Below, in pieces: positions 44,039-54,706 of a stretch of DNA of 64,000 bases. The stretch lies in the sequence record NC_031107.2; one strand, 5' to 3'. Below the pieces are notes generated by a model, which did no database searches, was not told the origin of the DNA, and was given only the letters and a program-made list of their open reading frames with translations. The position numbers and the translations under genes were made by a program. Positions within the stretch are counted from its first letter, which is position 1; each line of letters begins with the position of its first letter.

Positions 44039-45388
44039 ATGGGACACTGGCAAAGACACATTCGAACAGTGGCTGACGCGAAATTCGTCGCTGCTGAATC
44101 TATCCGTTTCCAGGATAAAAAGAAACTCGCCGAGTTGGCGGATATAGTTGGTAAATTCCGCGCGGCGGGGGACTTCTCTCCGGCGGGATATGATAGTTCT
44201 GGTGTGGCTGCCTGGGTTCTGAAAACCAATGGTCTGACTATCCTGTTTCGTAACGGCGCTGAACTGGGCGTCGTGGACGCGGTCTTCGCCGGGGTAGAAC
44301 CGCCGAAGCTCGATGCGAACAGCCCGATTGTCAGCAGCCTGCATCGTATTTACTACCAGGGCAACAAAGACCTGGACGTCTACAGCAAGTTCATCAAAGA
44401 GAATGAGCTGAATGGCGAGTTCGACGATGCCAACGCCAAAATCTCCGGTGACATCAGTAAAGTGCCGTCCCCACTTTACGTGACGCCGAAAATGCTGACG
44501 TCTTTAGAACTGTCGGACTTAGAAGTGGCGTCGGTGATTCTCCATGAGGTGGGTCACGTCTACTACTATTTCCGTACCCTGATGCGCACCCTGATTACGA
44601 ACCTGTTAGCCGATGCGGCTGCAAACCGTATGATGGAAACCGAAGACCCGGTTGTGCGTCTGAAGATTGTCAAGGATGTTGAACGCATTCTGGACACCAA
44701 AGTGAACGAACCGGAAACCATTTGCAAAGAGTTCAAGAAAGAGAACATCTACATGCACCTGGTGACCCAGACGTTACTCGACCGTCCGTTTGTCACCGGT
44801 GGGCAAGGGTTTGCGAACCGTACCTGGGAACGTGCAGCCGATGACTTCGCTGCTCGCTTCGGTGCGGCACCGTATTTGGCATCTGCGCTGTACAAGATGG
44901 AAACCGACCGCTTCTATCTGTTCCGTAACCGCTCGTACATGAACTACGGCGTGCACCTGACACTCGAGATGCTGGAAGTGGCGTATCTCATCGTGTCGTT
45001 TGCCTCACCGATTGGGATGCTGTTTGGTTCTATCACCCTGTTGTTCGGTCTGGTGATTAACGACCCGGAAAACACCATCTACGATCCGCCGCAGGAACGT
45101 TTTGAATCGATGCGTCGTAACCTGGTGGAAGAACTTACTGTTCTGAAAGACAAAAACACCAAAGCGGCGAACGAACAGCGTAAGCGTATCCTCGACGGGA
45201 TTGCTGCGGTGGACAATCTGCTTAAAACGGTGAAGGACAAAGACAACATCTATTCCTTCCTGATGAGCACGTTGACCCCGGCTGGACGTCGTGAGCGTAA
45301 AGCGGTCGATTACCAACGTTCACTGGAACGTTACCTCTCCAACGATTTGCGTGTGGCCTCAGCGAAACTCAGCAACCTGGCCAGCTAA
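44039..45388 (+). CDS. head/ejection protein with HExxH motif and hydrophobic hairpin (phiKZ gp84-like)
   Basis: AAE/S cleavage-like site near the N-terminus, ILHEVGH, ERAADDFAARFG and a TM-like segment near aa 315-340. Confidence 0.7.
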   Translation: MGHWQRHIRTVADAKFVAAESIRFQDKKKLAELADIVGKFRAAGDFSPAGYDSSGVAAWVLKTNGLTILFRNGAELGVVDAVFAGVEPPKLDANSPIVSSLHRIYYQGNKDLDVYSKFIKENELNGEFDDANAKISGDISKVPSPLYVTPKMLTSLELSDLEVASVILHEVGHVYYYFRTLMRTLITNLLADAAANRMMETEDPVVRLKIVKDVERILDTKVNEPETICKEFKKENIYMHLVTQTLLDRPFVTGGQGFANRTWERAADDFAARFGAAPYLASALYKMETDRFYLFRNRSYMNYGVHLTLEMLEVAYLIVSFASPIGMLFGSITLLFGLVINDPENTIYDPPQERFESMRRNLVEELTVLKDKNTKAANEQRKRILDGIAAVDNLLKTVKDKDNIYSFLMSTLTPAGRRERKAVDYQRSLERYLSNDLRVASAKLSNLAS

Positions 45389-45405
45389 ACTAAAAGGGTA
45401 TTGTC

Positions 45406-45849
45406 ATGACTCACAAAGTCTCCTTGAACTCGTTAGTTCTCGATTTTAAACGCACCAACGAAGGCAAAGGCGTGCAGGCACAGCGTGCACTGACGGGCCT
45501 GGTAGCGTTCTCTCTGGCATATGCTGCTGACCTGCCGAACAACGGCCCGATGGGTGCGTCGGAGGTGGTTAACATCAAACTGCGCCCCATCATGCGCGAT
45601 ATCGTTTCCGATGTGAACGAGCTGTACTGCGTTGACCTCGGCACTATCGAAGACCTGACCGTGGGCCTGTTCTGTAACCGCTATGCCCAGGTCTGGGGTG
45701 GGCGTTTCGCGCTGGAGACCTTCTCCATCAAACAAATCTTTGCAGATGCGATCGGCGAAGACGTGTGGGAAACTGTGGGCCTGTGGATTGAACGCTTCAC
45801 CGAAGCGGTTAACTTCTACATCGCCGAAACGCGAGGTCAGATTTCATGA
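45406..45849 (+). CDS. small virion head protein (gp85-like by synteny)
   Basis: In the head-protein operon. Confidence 0.65.
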   Translation: MTHKVSLNSLVLDFKRTNEGKGVQAQRALTGLVAFSLAYAADLPNNGPMGASEVVNIKLRPIMRDIVSDVNELYCVDLGTIEDLTVGLFCNRYAQVWGGRFALETFSIKQIFADAIGEDVWETVGLWIERFTEAVNFYIAETRGQIS

Positions 45850-47546
45850 GTATGGAAATGACGGGAAACAACATCGACCCCCAATGGCAACTCGGGGAAA
45901 TCGGTGACGTCGTACGCTCCCGTCTTGAGGAGCGTGTATCTTCAGTAAGCCAGCTCACTCTCTACATGCAGCGCAACGAAGCCGATCTGATTTACGGTTC
46001 ACGCCTGCTGATGCAAATCGAAGCCATCTTGCACGAAGTCCGTCGTTCGGGCCTGTCTCGTGACTTGGCAGTCGCGGTGGAGTCAACCCGTCCGGGGACA
46101 ATCTCTCCGGTTACGCGTTCTATCCTGACGTCGAACTTTACGAAGACCGGCCAGAAGGAAACCGTGGTTGCACTGGAGTCCTGGGCTAACGCCGGTAAGA
46201 TTGGCCTGATTATCCTGGCGCTGTCATCCCTGATTAAAATCCTGGGCTGGATTATGGAGAAGGGATCAGGCTTTGCCGGTGATGCAGGTGCGGATGGTGG
46301 TGAGTACAAAGAGAAAGTCGACGGGAAAGTGGAAAGCTTCCAGGTTGACGGCACCACGGTACTTGACCAGCTGAACATCACGGTTATCAAAGACGCATAC
46401 ATGGAAGCCGCCAAAGGGCTGAAAGGTCGTGCGTTGGAGAACCTGAACCTGTCAGTGACGCTGGCGGATGAAGTGCTGTCGAACATGAAAGCAGAAGAGT
46501 ACCTCAATGCGTTGGCTAACGCGCAGAAAGGCTCTCCGTTCACTAAACTGTTCAAAGGCTACACTGACCGTCGCCAGAGCCAGCAGAGCGTGATTCACGA
46601 CCTTCTGGATACCCTGCTGCAGCTGAACGTGACATCCGGTGTGTATCCGCATCAGGCCGCAGAGAAAGCGTTTCAGGGATTACCGCCTACTGTGCGTAAA
46701 GCCGGGGTGAAACTGCCCAACGACCTGAACTACAAACAGGCCAGCAATGTGATTGGTGAACTCACCGGTTACTTCGCCAACCTGCAAAAGGTGTTCCACG
46801 CGCTTTCTGATCCGTCAATCCAACAGGCGTATGAGAAAGGGGCGAAGGGTCAGGGGCTGGACGATATCGGCACGCTGTTTGGGCAGGCACTGCAAACCCT
46901 GAACGGTACCATCTCCAGTTCTATTTCCGATGGTGCTGGCCGTGGTTTCAATTCTGCTTCCTTCCCGGTGGTGGCTATTAAGCCCGACCAGGAGCGTGAC
47001 TTGGTTGGCTACAACATCTACGACAATCTCGGCAGTCAGCGTAAGGTTGCCGTCGCGACCGCGTCTGCGTACCTGAATGCGTCTTGTCTCGAAGAGATGC
47101 GTCAGAAGCTGAACCTGTCAGTGGGTGATGAGCGTGAGCTGTTGGCGGTGGTGGTTTCCCTCGGGAAGACCGGCTTTACCACCAACACGTACGACACCAA
47201 CCTCAACAAGTACAGCACGCTGAACAAAGCGGTTGAGCAGACCATCAAGGAAGTGGAAGCTTGGCAGAAGCAACTGAAGAACAGTGATGGTGGTTTCATC
47301 AAATACATCTCTGACCTCGTGACGACCGAACTGAAACGTAATCCGAATGGCCTGCGCACCAATGGGCGTGAGCTGTCGATGACGTACATGGACGGCGACG
47401 GGGATTTCTTCGACGCGCTGAAAGCTAACCTGACATTGGTCAAGCGTCTGTGCGAAGGGGTTGCGTCACTGCAGATTGTGCTGCAACGCTCGAAGCTGAA
47501 TCCGCTGGTGAAGGGCAATCGCCAAACCGCCGATTCCGACGATTAA
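45846..47546 (+). CDS. internal head protein (gp86-like)
   Basis: AVE/S and ALE/S sites followed by the hydrophobic segment IGLIILALSSLIKILGWI. Confidence 0.65.
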   Translation: MSMEMTGNNIDPQWQLGEIGDVVRSRLEERVSSVSQLTLYMQRNEADLIYGSRLLMQIEAILHEVRRSGLSRDLAVAVESTRPGTISPVTRSILTSNFTKTGQKETVVALESWANAGKIGLIILALSSLIKILGWIMEKGSGFAGDAGADGGEYKEKVDGKVESFQVDGTTVLDQLNITVIKDAYMEAAKGLKGRALENLNLSVTLADEVLSNMKAEEYLNALANAQKGSPFTKLFKGYTDRRQSQQSVIHDLLDTLLQLNVTSGVYPHQAAEKAFQGLPPTVRKAGVKLPNDLNYKQASNVIGELTGYFANLQKVFHALSDPSIQQAYEKGAKGQGLDDIGTLFGQALQTLNGTISSSISDGAGRGFNSASFPVVAIKPDQERDLVGYNIYDNLGSQRKVAVATASAYLNASCLEEMRQKLNLSVGDERELLAVVVSLGKTGFTTNTYDTNLNKYSTLNKAVEQTIKEVEAWQKQLKNSDGGFIKYISDLVTTELKRNPNGLRTNGRELSMTYMDGDGDFFDALKANLTLVKRLCEGVASLQIVLQRSKLNPLVKGNRQTADSDD

Positions 47547-47590
47547 AATAAAGGCTACCTACTCCCTGGGGAGTAGGTAGTTCTTTTTTA
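47545..47590. terminator. bidirectional terminator
   Basis: CTACCTACTCC/GGAGTAGGTAG between convergent operons. Confidence 0.75.
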
Positions 47591-50545
47591 TTCTTTTGTC
47601 GTGTCGTGACGGTTGTAGGAGATGACGATGTCGTCTTTCAGACCGATATCCCCATTTGCTTCTACATCCAGTTTCTTACCGATGGTGGCGCGTGAGGCTT
47701 CTGACACCACGGTAAACAGACGCATGTCTTTGTCTGGCCCCATGTTGTCTAACTCCACCCCAATTACCGAACCCTCCAGAGCCGTTTTCAACAGGTTCCC
47801 GATTTCCGTTGCAGAGATGGTTAAGCTCGCTGCTAAGTAATCGTTAATCACTTGCGACGTCTTCTTACGAATCTGTGCCAGCAAGTCGGTGTTGTTACGG
47901 TTGGCCGCAGTCAGGTAATACTTGACTGTGAATTGGTTCTCTGCCGGAATCGGTGTGACCACCCCATCCTCAGTACGGCAATCGATGTACCCCATCGTGG
48001 TGATAGGCACAAAGAAGCCGTCTGTGCGTTCCAGCAGAATCGGTTTCAACGCCGGAAGGGTGCCGGTCACATAGTTCACCAAATCATCCACCACAGAGGC
48101 CAGATACTCTTTGGCGGCCTGGGTGGTAGCAAACTTGTAACGGGCATCAAAGACTGCCATCTCGCTGCGAAACTTAATGCTGCGCGGTTTGGCAATCACC
48201 GGGTTCCCGCTTTCATCGCGCACCAGACTGTTTTTCTCGTGCTCGATTTCTTGCTGGCCCGTCTCTTCGTTGATAACCGGGTCACCTTTCCGATGCTTAT
48301 ACACGACCTGGAGTGGTGGCGTGGCAGCAGGGTCATAGGTGTACTTCGGTACCCCTTCTTCGTCACGGTCGATAACATCCACTTTCCAGGTCGCCAGTAC
48401 GTCTTCCTGGTAATACTCGTAGTTGATGGTATCGGTCACAGCACGCGCTTTACGCCAGTAGTAGGTCAGCGCTTTCCCCAGTTCGATTTTGAAAATCTCA
48501 TGGGTAATCCCAATCGCATCCCGCGTCGGTGGGGTAATCAGTGTGTCCATCTCGTAGCGCTCATAATTGCCCGGATAGTACCCGGAGCAACCGTAGAACA
48601 CATTGAACTCGGTTAACAGCCCTACCGGCGTATCCACCGGGTTCTCGCTGGTCATGCGGGTGTTGGTCAGTACCAGTTCGTCGTTACGGTCAACGTCGAG
48701 GTTACTTTCCAGCAGGAATTCCCACACACGCTCACTTCCTTGCTTGCCTACCAGTGTCCCGTTGATATACGCCAGGGTTCCATCACTGTTACGTGGCGTG
48801 AAGGAAATCTGGGCAAACACCTGGTCATCCCCGAGCGCCTGATACGGTGGCTCGGATTTGGTCACGGTACGCAGCACATAACCAGCATCGGTTTTGCTGA
48901 TGGTGTAGTCCGCCGTTACCACGCTAAGTTCGGTGGTGACGTTGGTGGTAATGAAACGCTTGGAACTGAGCTGTGGTTTATCCAGCTGATAGATACGCAC
49001 GTCAATGGCTTTGTTGTTGATGTCCACCACGTAATAGAACGGGGTGAACAGATAACGTGAAGCGTTCCCGGCATTCACCAGGTCTTCTTTACGCATCGTT
49101 TTCGCCAACTCCGTCATCTGCGCATCAATCGACAGACTGGTATCGGTAAAACGGTACAGCGTATCCGGACTGATGGTCAGACGGTTACCGTTCACCTTCA
49201 CAGTTGACAGTGCCACCAGTTCATCCCAGGAGAAGTACAGTGGCGCAGTAATCGTCCCAATCGGTGTACTGACCTTGGAGATGGTTGAGTCCAGCATCGG
49301 TGCGGTCAGGAAGTAAGTACGGCCGGTTACGTAGTCATTCGGCTTGGAGAGCGTGAGGCCGTAATCCGACACCGTGGCTTCCAGTTGCTTTTCCGTCACC
49401 GGTAGACGACGGGCACCCACTGCGTTGTTAACCACACGATTACGCAGGTCATCGAACGACAGTTGTCCACGACCGCCAGTGGCCATGCGTCCGGCCGAAG
49501 CAGCCAGCATCTTAATCGAGAACGACTTAATCGGGTTGACGTAACTCGCATCGTACTCGCTGTTCAAGTCGCGCAGCGCGAATTTGTACTCGTCAGCCGG
49601 ATAGGCCGAGACGTCGATACTGATTGGCCCCAGGGTGGTGTAGACGTCCATACGGATTTCACCGCTGACCAAATTCTTCGCCATGTAAATAGACGGGATG
49701 GTACAGCGGATATTCGACGCCCCGACTTGAATCAGCGCGGTCGGGGTATTCGGGTCATACACGTCACGGCTGTGCGTATGACTGATTTCTTCCCAGACGT
49801 TGCTGTTGAGCTTTTTCACCCACACCCGCACGTAGAAGAACTTGTTGGTGTACGCACGGGTCATGACGAAGGTGTTCTGCCCTTCCACCGTATCCGACTC
49901 CGCTTTCACCGCATACTGCATGACCGGTAAATGGATAGCCAGCAGTTGCGAGGTTGTGGTGTTGGTGCTGGTTAACTCCCAGTCCAGGGCATTGGTGGAG
50001 ACCGGAGAAATCGGTGACTGGGTATCGGTAATCCACAGTACCTGGAACGCCGGAGACTCGTTAGTACCGTACGGCAGCACACGAATCTCAATCGGGTACT
50101 GAATCGCAAAGGTGTAACCAGACACCGTGAATTCGGTATCGCGCGGAATTACCACCTTACGAATGCCTGCCACGTTCAAAGGCCAGGCTTTCGACAGAAT
50201 AGAGTCCACGTCCAACAGCAACAACAGCTCGGTGGTACCCGGCACGGCAAACACGTCTACGTAATCGACATCCGACATGTGACGGAACAGATCGTCGTAC
50301 GTCTGTGCCATACTGGCAAAGGTTTTCGGTACGGTTTCACGCGAACCCATGATGGTGGTGTGACCCATCATCGTACCCATCTCAGCCAGATACACCACCG
50401 GGTCAGTAGGGTCGCGCAGCAGGATTTCCCCGTCGGCATCTTCGACGTCCTGCAAATGGTTTAGCTGGATGGACTGCATGGCTGCGGGGTTGTGGGCCAG
50501 CAGCAGCATGTTCTCGGCCATCGTTTTATAAGTGCTTGAGCTCAT
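47588..50545 (-). CDS. large virion structural protein, baseplate-like (gp87-like)
   Basis: 985 aa, beta-rich; GGRGQLSFDDLRNRV resembles the baseplate-J/gp6 GGxxxESxxxLRxR motif. Confidence 0.65.
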   Translation of the reverse strand: MSSSTYKTMAENMLLLAHNPAAMQSIQLNHLQDVEDADGEILLRDPTDPVVYLAEMGTMMGHTTIMGSRETVPKTFASMAQTYDDLFRHMSDVDYVDVFAVPGTTELLLLLDVDSILSKAWPLNVAGIRKVVIPRDTEFTVSGYTFAIQYPIEIRVLPYGTNESPAFQVLWITDTQSPISPVSTNALDWELTSTNTTTSQLLAIHLPVMQYAVKAESDTVEGQNTFVMTRAYTNKFFYVRVWVKKLNSNVWEEISHTHSRDVYDPNTPTALIQVGASNIRCTIPSIYMAKNLVSGEIRMDVYTTLGPISIDVSAYPADEYKFALRDLNSEYDASYVNPIKSFSIKMLAASAGRMATGGRGQLSFDDLRNRVVNNAVGARRLPVTEKQLEATVSDYGLTLSKPNDYVTGRTYFLTAPMLDSTISKVSTPIGTITAPLYFSWDELVALSTVKVNGNRLTISPDTLYRFTDTSLSIDAQMTELAKTMRKEDLVNAGNASRYLFTPFYYVVDINNKAIDVRIYQLDKPQLSSKRFITTNVTTELSVVTADYTISKTDAGYVLRTVTKSEPPYQALGDDQVFAQISFTPRNSDGTLAYINGTLVGKQGSERVWEFLLESNLDVDRNDELVLTNTRMTSENPVDTPVGLLTEFNVFYGCSGYYPGNYERYEMDTLITPPTRDAIGITHEIFKIELGKALTYYWRKARAVTDTINYEYYQEDVLATWKVDVIDRDEEGVPKYTYDPAATPPLQVVYKHRKGDPVINEETGQQEIEHEKNSLVRDESGNPVIAKPRSIKFRSEMAVFDARYKFATTQAAKEYLASVVDDLVNYVTGTLPALKPILLERTDGFFVPITTMGYIDCRTEDGVVTPIPAENQFTVKYYLTAANRNNTDLLAQIRKKTSQVINDYLAASLTISATEIGNLLKTALEGSVIGVELDNMGPDKDMRLFTVVSEASRATIGKKLDVEANGDIGLKDDIVISYNRHDTTKE

Positions 50546-51843
50546 TAGGAGGTACTCGACGTTACGAGGGCGTTGCCGGAGTTATCCAACAAACCTGCCT
50601 TCTTGAGAATGTGCTGGTAGTCGCTTTGGTAAACGTACCAGGTGAGTTTGCGGCGCAAGGAGTCGATGTGTGGATAGCCGTAGTAGTTGAACAGTGGCAG
50701 GAGCTGTGGCGCAATCGGCACTAACTGGTCAGCCCCAATCGGCACGTAGTTACCACTCGCCACACTGCCCGGTTCCGGCAACATATCCGGGTTAAACATC
50801 GCCACCGTGGAGTTAAACATTTCCATGTACAGCGGGTCATCGAAACGGGCACCGATAAATTGCCAGTTTACGTTGATGGTGGTATCGTCCTGCATCTGTG
50901 GTTTGGAGTTGTCAACGTTTGCCATTTGACCGGCATTGTCATTCATGGGCCAACCCACACACGCTGTCCAGAAACGGGTGATGTTCCCCAGGGCATCGTA
51001 GCGCAACCCGTAAGCACGGGATTGGTAGTCGATACGGCGCTGAATCGAGTTACGCATCTTCGGCTTGAACTTGCCCATCTTAATCCCGGACATGTACTCC
51101 AGCCAAATCCCCATCATGCGCATCACCGGGTTCCCGAATGGGTTGTTCAGTGACATCGACATGCTGTATTGGTTGTTAACTTCGTGGGTAGAATCCACCA
51201 TCCCCCACTGCTCACGCATAATCCCTTCGTTCGACATCCAGTTATCGACACTCTGGTCAGGCATCCCCGAAAGACTCAGTAATTGTGTGCTGAGCAATGG
51301 TATGAATGCCTGCAGATTATCAAACATGATTTCTGAGAGGAAAGGGGTACCCAGACGGTTGACGCGTCGACCGTTTACGATTGGCGGGTCAGGAAAGCCT
51401 AACTCGAAATCTGGGTCTAACGCCGCCAGAATGGAATAGTCAAGTGAGGACCGAGGCTGGGACGCCATGTTAGACATCTTGCGCGAGTTTGCAATATTGT
51501 CGAAACAGAGGTTGAAGTCCGGTCGGGTAACAAACGTCACGCCACCGTATTCGCGGTTCACCGGCGTCGGGTTAGACGCCATCATATGGTTAAACCCCAT
51601 ATAGGGGTTGGTCATACGCTGCGCAGCTAGACCCAAACCTACTGTAAGACGGATTCGATCGTTCCACCCGGACAGCTCGCTGTTCTTGTCGTACGCGGTG
51701 GTGGGGTTATTGTTGTTTAGACGCCCGTTAAAATACCCTGCGACAGAGGGGACTGCATCCTGGTTATTGGGGTTCAGTTCGGCATCGGTCAAATCGGTAT
51801 TCGGGTCATACCCCGGATTGTTCTTATCAGTCTCGTTACTCAT
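50545..51843 (-). CDS. virion structural protein, tail-tube/baseplate-like (gp88-like)
   Basis: 432 aa; TAATG overlap with the next gene; synteny. Confidence 0.6.
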   Translation of the reverse strand: MSNETDKNNPGYDPNTDLTDAELNPNNQDAVPSVAGYFNGRLNNNNPTTAYDKNSELSGWNDRIRLTVGLGLAAQRMTNPYMGFNHMMASNPTPVNREYGGVTFVTRPDFNLCFDNIANSRKMSNMASQPRSSLDYSILAALDPDFELGFPDPPIVNGRRVNRLGTPFLSEIMFDNLQAFIPLLSTQLLSLSGMPDQSVDNWMSNEGIMREQWGMVDSTHEVNNQYSMSMSLNNPFGNPVMRMMGIWLEYMSGIKMGKFKPKMRNSIQRRIDYQSRAYGLRYDALGNITRFWTACVGWPMNDNAGQMANVDNSKPQMQDDTTINVNWQFIGARFDDPLYMEMFNSTVAMFNPDMLPEPGSVASGNYVPIGADQLVPIAPQLLPLFNYYGYPHIDSLRRKLTWYVYQSDYQHILKKAGLLDNSGNALVTSSTS

Positions 51844-51869
51844 CTTTAACTCCGGAGTTTAGCTAAAAA

Positions 51870-53123
51870 ATGTCAGATAAAACAATTGAGACCTCAGTGG
51901 TCAATATTCTCTCGAGATTCCCTGACTTGCTGCGCCAGCGCGCAGAGTCAACGGAAGAGTTCAACGCGATCCTCAACAATGAGCACATCACGCTGGTTGA
52001 GCAAAGCCTACTGGGTCTGGATTATCTTCCGGGTATTCTCGAAAAACTCCAAATCATGCTGGCTGCTAATCAGTTGACCGCAATCTCGTTACTGGTCGGT
52101 GTGCCAGAGGTAGATATCCTCGGTACGCTGGACAAAGTTAGCACCCAGCGTAATGTGCTGGATAATGCTGCCCGTAGCGGTGCCCGCCTGGCTAAGTTTG
52201 CCGCCGGTGAGTCTTCCCGCTTTGGCTTGCCGTCATACGATAAAACCGCCATCGCGGTGGGCGAGTCTCGTCGCGGTGGACGCCGTAGCGATTTCATGCA
52301 GGGCAACAACTCGAAGTACGACGATTACTCAAGCGTTGGTGACACGATGAACAACATCGACGCCAGCCACCACGATAATCGCCAGGATAACCGCACCACC
52401 AACCATACCGTGAATAACATTGATAATTCCGGTAAGAACGGTAAGGTTGCGGCGACACTGCCGTCGAACACCCTGAAACAACTGCATGAGCAGGAAGGGC
52501 TGTCAAACGGTAAGCTGTTCTCTGTGACCTTCGAGCGTGACGGTAATAAAGTAGAGCTGCCAATGCAGTTACGCCTGGCGGTGAAATCCCTGCCGACCGA
52601 ACAAATCGAAACCATCATCGCGTTCAGCGATCAGACCAAAACGTTCTGGGAGCGTGTGCTGCGCGCCAAGGTCGGGTCTCTGTCGTATGCGAAAGATATC
52701 GCGCTGTGTAACGACCTTATCGACGAATACCGTAAAAACCGTTTCCGTGATAAGTCCGGCTATTACCGCAAGATGATGGAGAAGAAAAACGGCAACTGGC
52801 TGTCTGGCCTGCTGAGCCTGTCTCCGTCCATCAACAACGCCTCGTCGGTGATGGTGGTTTCTCAGGAGACCATCGACGGTCTGTCTGCACAGCTGGGCGG
52901 CGACTTCGACGACTTCAACGTCCGTCAGCGTGTATTCCAGGATACCCTGACTGTGTACTACGTCGTGGTTGATACCGTCTGGAACCGTGTCACCATTTAT
53001 ACTCGTGGTCAGGCTTCTCCGCGTGAGATGGACAAGTCCGACTTTAGTAAAGCGAAGGCCGGTAGCGGCGATGTGAACAAAATCATCGAAGCCTATCGTT
53101 CAGGCGCACAACCGGTTCTTTAA
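51870..53123 (+). CDS. head protein (gp89-like)
   Basis: AGE/S and VGE/S sites, N/D/H-rich linker; synteny. Confidence 0.65.
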   Translation: MSDKTIETSVVNILSRFPDLLRQRAESTEEFNAILNNEHITLVEQSLLGLDYLPGILEKLQIMLAANQLTAISLLVGVPEVDILGTLDKVSTQRNVLDNAARSGARLAKFAAGESSRFGLPSYDKTAIAVGESRRGGRRSDFMQGNNSKYDDYSSVGDTMNNIDASHHDNRQDNRTTNHTVNNIDNSGKNGKVAATLPSNTLKQLHEQEGLSNGKLFSVTFERDGNKVELPMQLRLAVKSLPTEQIETIIAFSDQTKTFWERVLRAKVGSLSYAKDIALCNDLIDEYRKNRFRDKSGYYRKMMEKKNGNWLSGLLSLSPSINNASSVMVVSQETIDGLSAQLGGDFDDFNVRQRVFQDTLTVYYVVVDTVWNRVTIYTRGQASPREMDKSDFSKAKAGSGDVNKIIEAYRSGAQPVL

Positions 53124-53133
53124 GGGGTAAAAG

Positions 53134-54069
53134 ATGTCGATTCCTAATGCGTTGGCCATGTTGCTGCCAACTTTTGAATCCACGAATTTGAAAAACCAAC
53201 TGTCATCCAACTGCGATGCCATTGGTGATGCGTTACTGCCTCAGTTCCAAAGCTTGCAGGAACTCGTGGGGACAGTCCAGGGCAAACAGTTTAAATCTAA
53301 ACCGGTTGCTGAGTTATCCGAGAATCTCGTGAAGTATCTCCACTCGTCCGGTCTGGACGTGAAGGGGCTGCGTAACGCCAGTATGCTCGAATACGTGATT
53401 GCCTCCATGGAAAACGTTCTGCAATTGCGCCCGTTCCTGGAGCAGTGCATCTCCCGTGATATCGGTAAAACGTTGGTGACGTCCTCGTTGACGTTCAACA
53501 AACAGACCGTGCTGCAGATACTCGATCTTATCGACTTCTTCACCGGTTACAGCAGCGTCTTGGTGAACTACATCACCGCGGAAGAACTCGCCTCCGTAGA
53601 AGGGTCGAACATTGCAGTGAAGGGAATCGGTCCGAAAGACCTTCAGTACCTGCAAACTCGTACGGTCTCCTTCGGTATTGCGGTACGTGTTCTCGCCACC
53701 CCGATTGCGAAGCTGAAAGCAGACTACGCAGAAATCCCGGAAGCGGTCTTTGACGAAGACACCTATAACGACCTGGTCCGTCAGTTCGGTTCGAGCACGA
53801 CTGACCCGTTAGGGATGTCCTCGGTTCCATTCCCGCTCTCGCTGGTTTACCGTGTGCGTCTCAACATCGCCGAATGGCAGATGGATCGTTACGACGAATG
53901 TGTAGAGGCCGCGAAAGCGACCGAGCTGCGCATCCTGTTGTATAAAAAGCAGCAAGCGGATGGTAAGGGTGATGCGCACATTGAGAAGCTCATCGAAGCG
54001 CACGAGAAGCGCTTGATGGAACTCAAATACAAACGTGAGCGTCTGGAGAAAAAGTACGGGCTGAATTAA
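53134..54069 (+). CDS. head protein (gp90-like)
   Basis: 311 aa with a C-terminal coiled coil; synteny. Confidence 0.65.
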   Translation: MSIPNALAMLLPTFESTNLKNQLSSNCDAIGDALLPQFQSLQELVGTVQGKQFKSKPVAELSENLVKYLHSSGLDVKGLRNASMLEYVIASMENVLQLRPFLEQCISRDIGKTLVTSSLTFNKQTVLQILDLIDFFTGYSSVLVNYITAEELASVEGSNIAVKGIGPKDLQYLQTRTVSFGIAVRVLATPIAKLKADYAEIPEAVFDEDTYNDLVRQFGSSTTDPLGMSSVPFPLSLVYRVRLNIAEWQMDRYDECVEAAKATELRILLYKKQQADGKGDAHIEKLIEAHEKRLMELKYKRERLEKKYGLN

Positions 54070-54090
54070 TCCCGTCGTCAGGAGTGCCTC

Positions 54091-54651
54091 ATGTCTGAAG
54101 AAATGAACCCCCACTTTAATCTGGCTGAGAAGAAAATTAAAAACTTCATGGCCATCATGACCCAAAACCCCGTCGATACACACGACGATAAATTGATTCA
54201 TGAAACCCTGGAAGCGTGTGCGGTGGTATTACCGTATTTTCGTATGCTGGGCGCACCGTCCGTGCAGGATGTATTATATGACGAATATCCGCAAGTCGGT
54301 TTTACGTTTAATACGTTCTATAACGAGACGGTCGCGTTCTTGCTGGATGGTAAACGCCGTTCGACTTCTGTCGGTCAGTGGTCGGTGTTGATGACGTCGT
54401 ACATGAATGACGTACACAACACCAAGTCTGTAGAACATACCGGTGGACTGGGTAGCCGTTTGATTTCGGCTGCGTTCGGTCGCGCGGGTAAAGTTCGCAA
54501 CATGGGTAATGCACACCAAACGTGGAAAGCGGATGGTCGTCTATTATCTTATGCAGACCACGAACTGCTGGCACGGTGGATGACACGTCCTAACGGGTTG
54601 TCTGATATGATTTCATCGTTAGCAGTGTTTTTAAAAATCGCACGTCCCTAA
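54091..54651 (+). CDS. probable virion protein
   Basis: AGGAG RBS; in the head operon. Confidence 0.65.
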   Translation: MSEEMNPHFNLAEKKIKNFMAIMTQNPVDTHDDKLIHETLEACAVVLPYFRMLGAPSVQDVLYDEYPQVGFTFNTFYNETVAFLLDGKRRSTSVGQWSVLMTSYMNDVHNTKSVEHTGGLGSRLISAAFGRAGKVRNMGNAHQTWKADGRLLSYADHELLARWMTRPNGLSDMISSLAVFLKIARP

Positions 54652-54706
54652 GGGGGCCCCTTTCTAGGGGCGTGTAATTGGGTTATAACCTAAGGAAACA
54701 AACGAA

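Noticed and set aside
42176-44344. Full 722-aa extent of the exonuclease ORF
   Set aside because: The N-terminal 126 codons overlap the divergent head gene, which has its own RBS; start moved to 43966.
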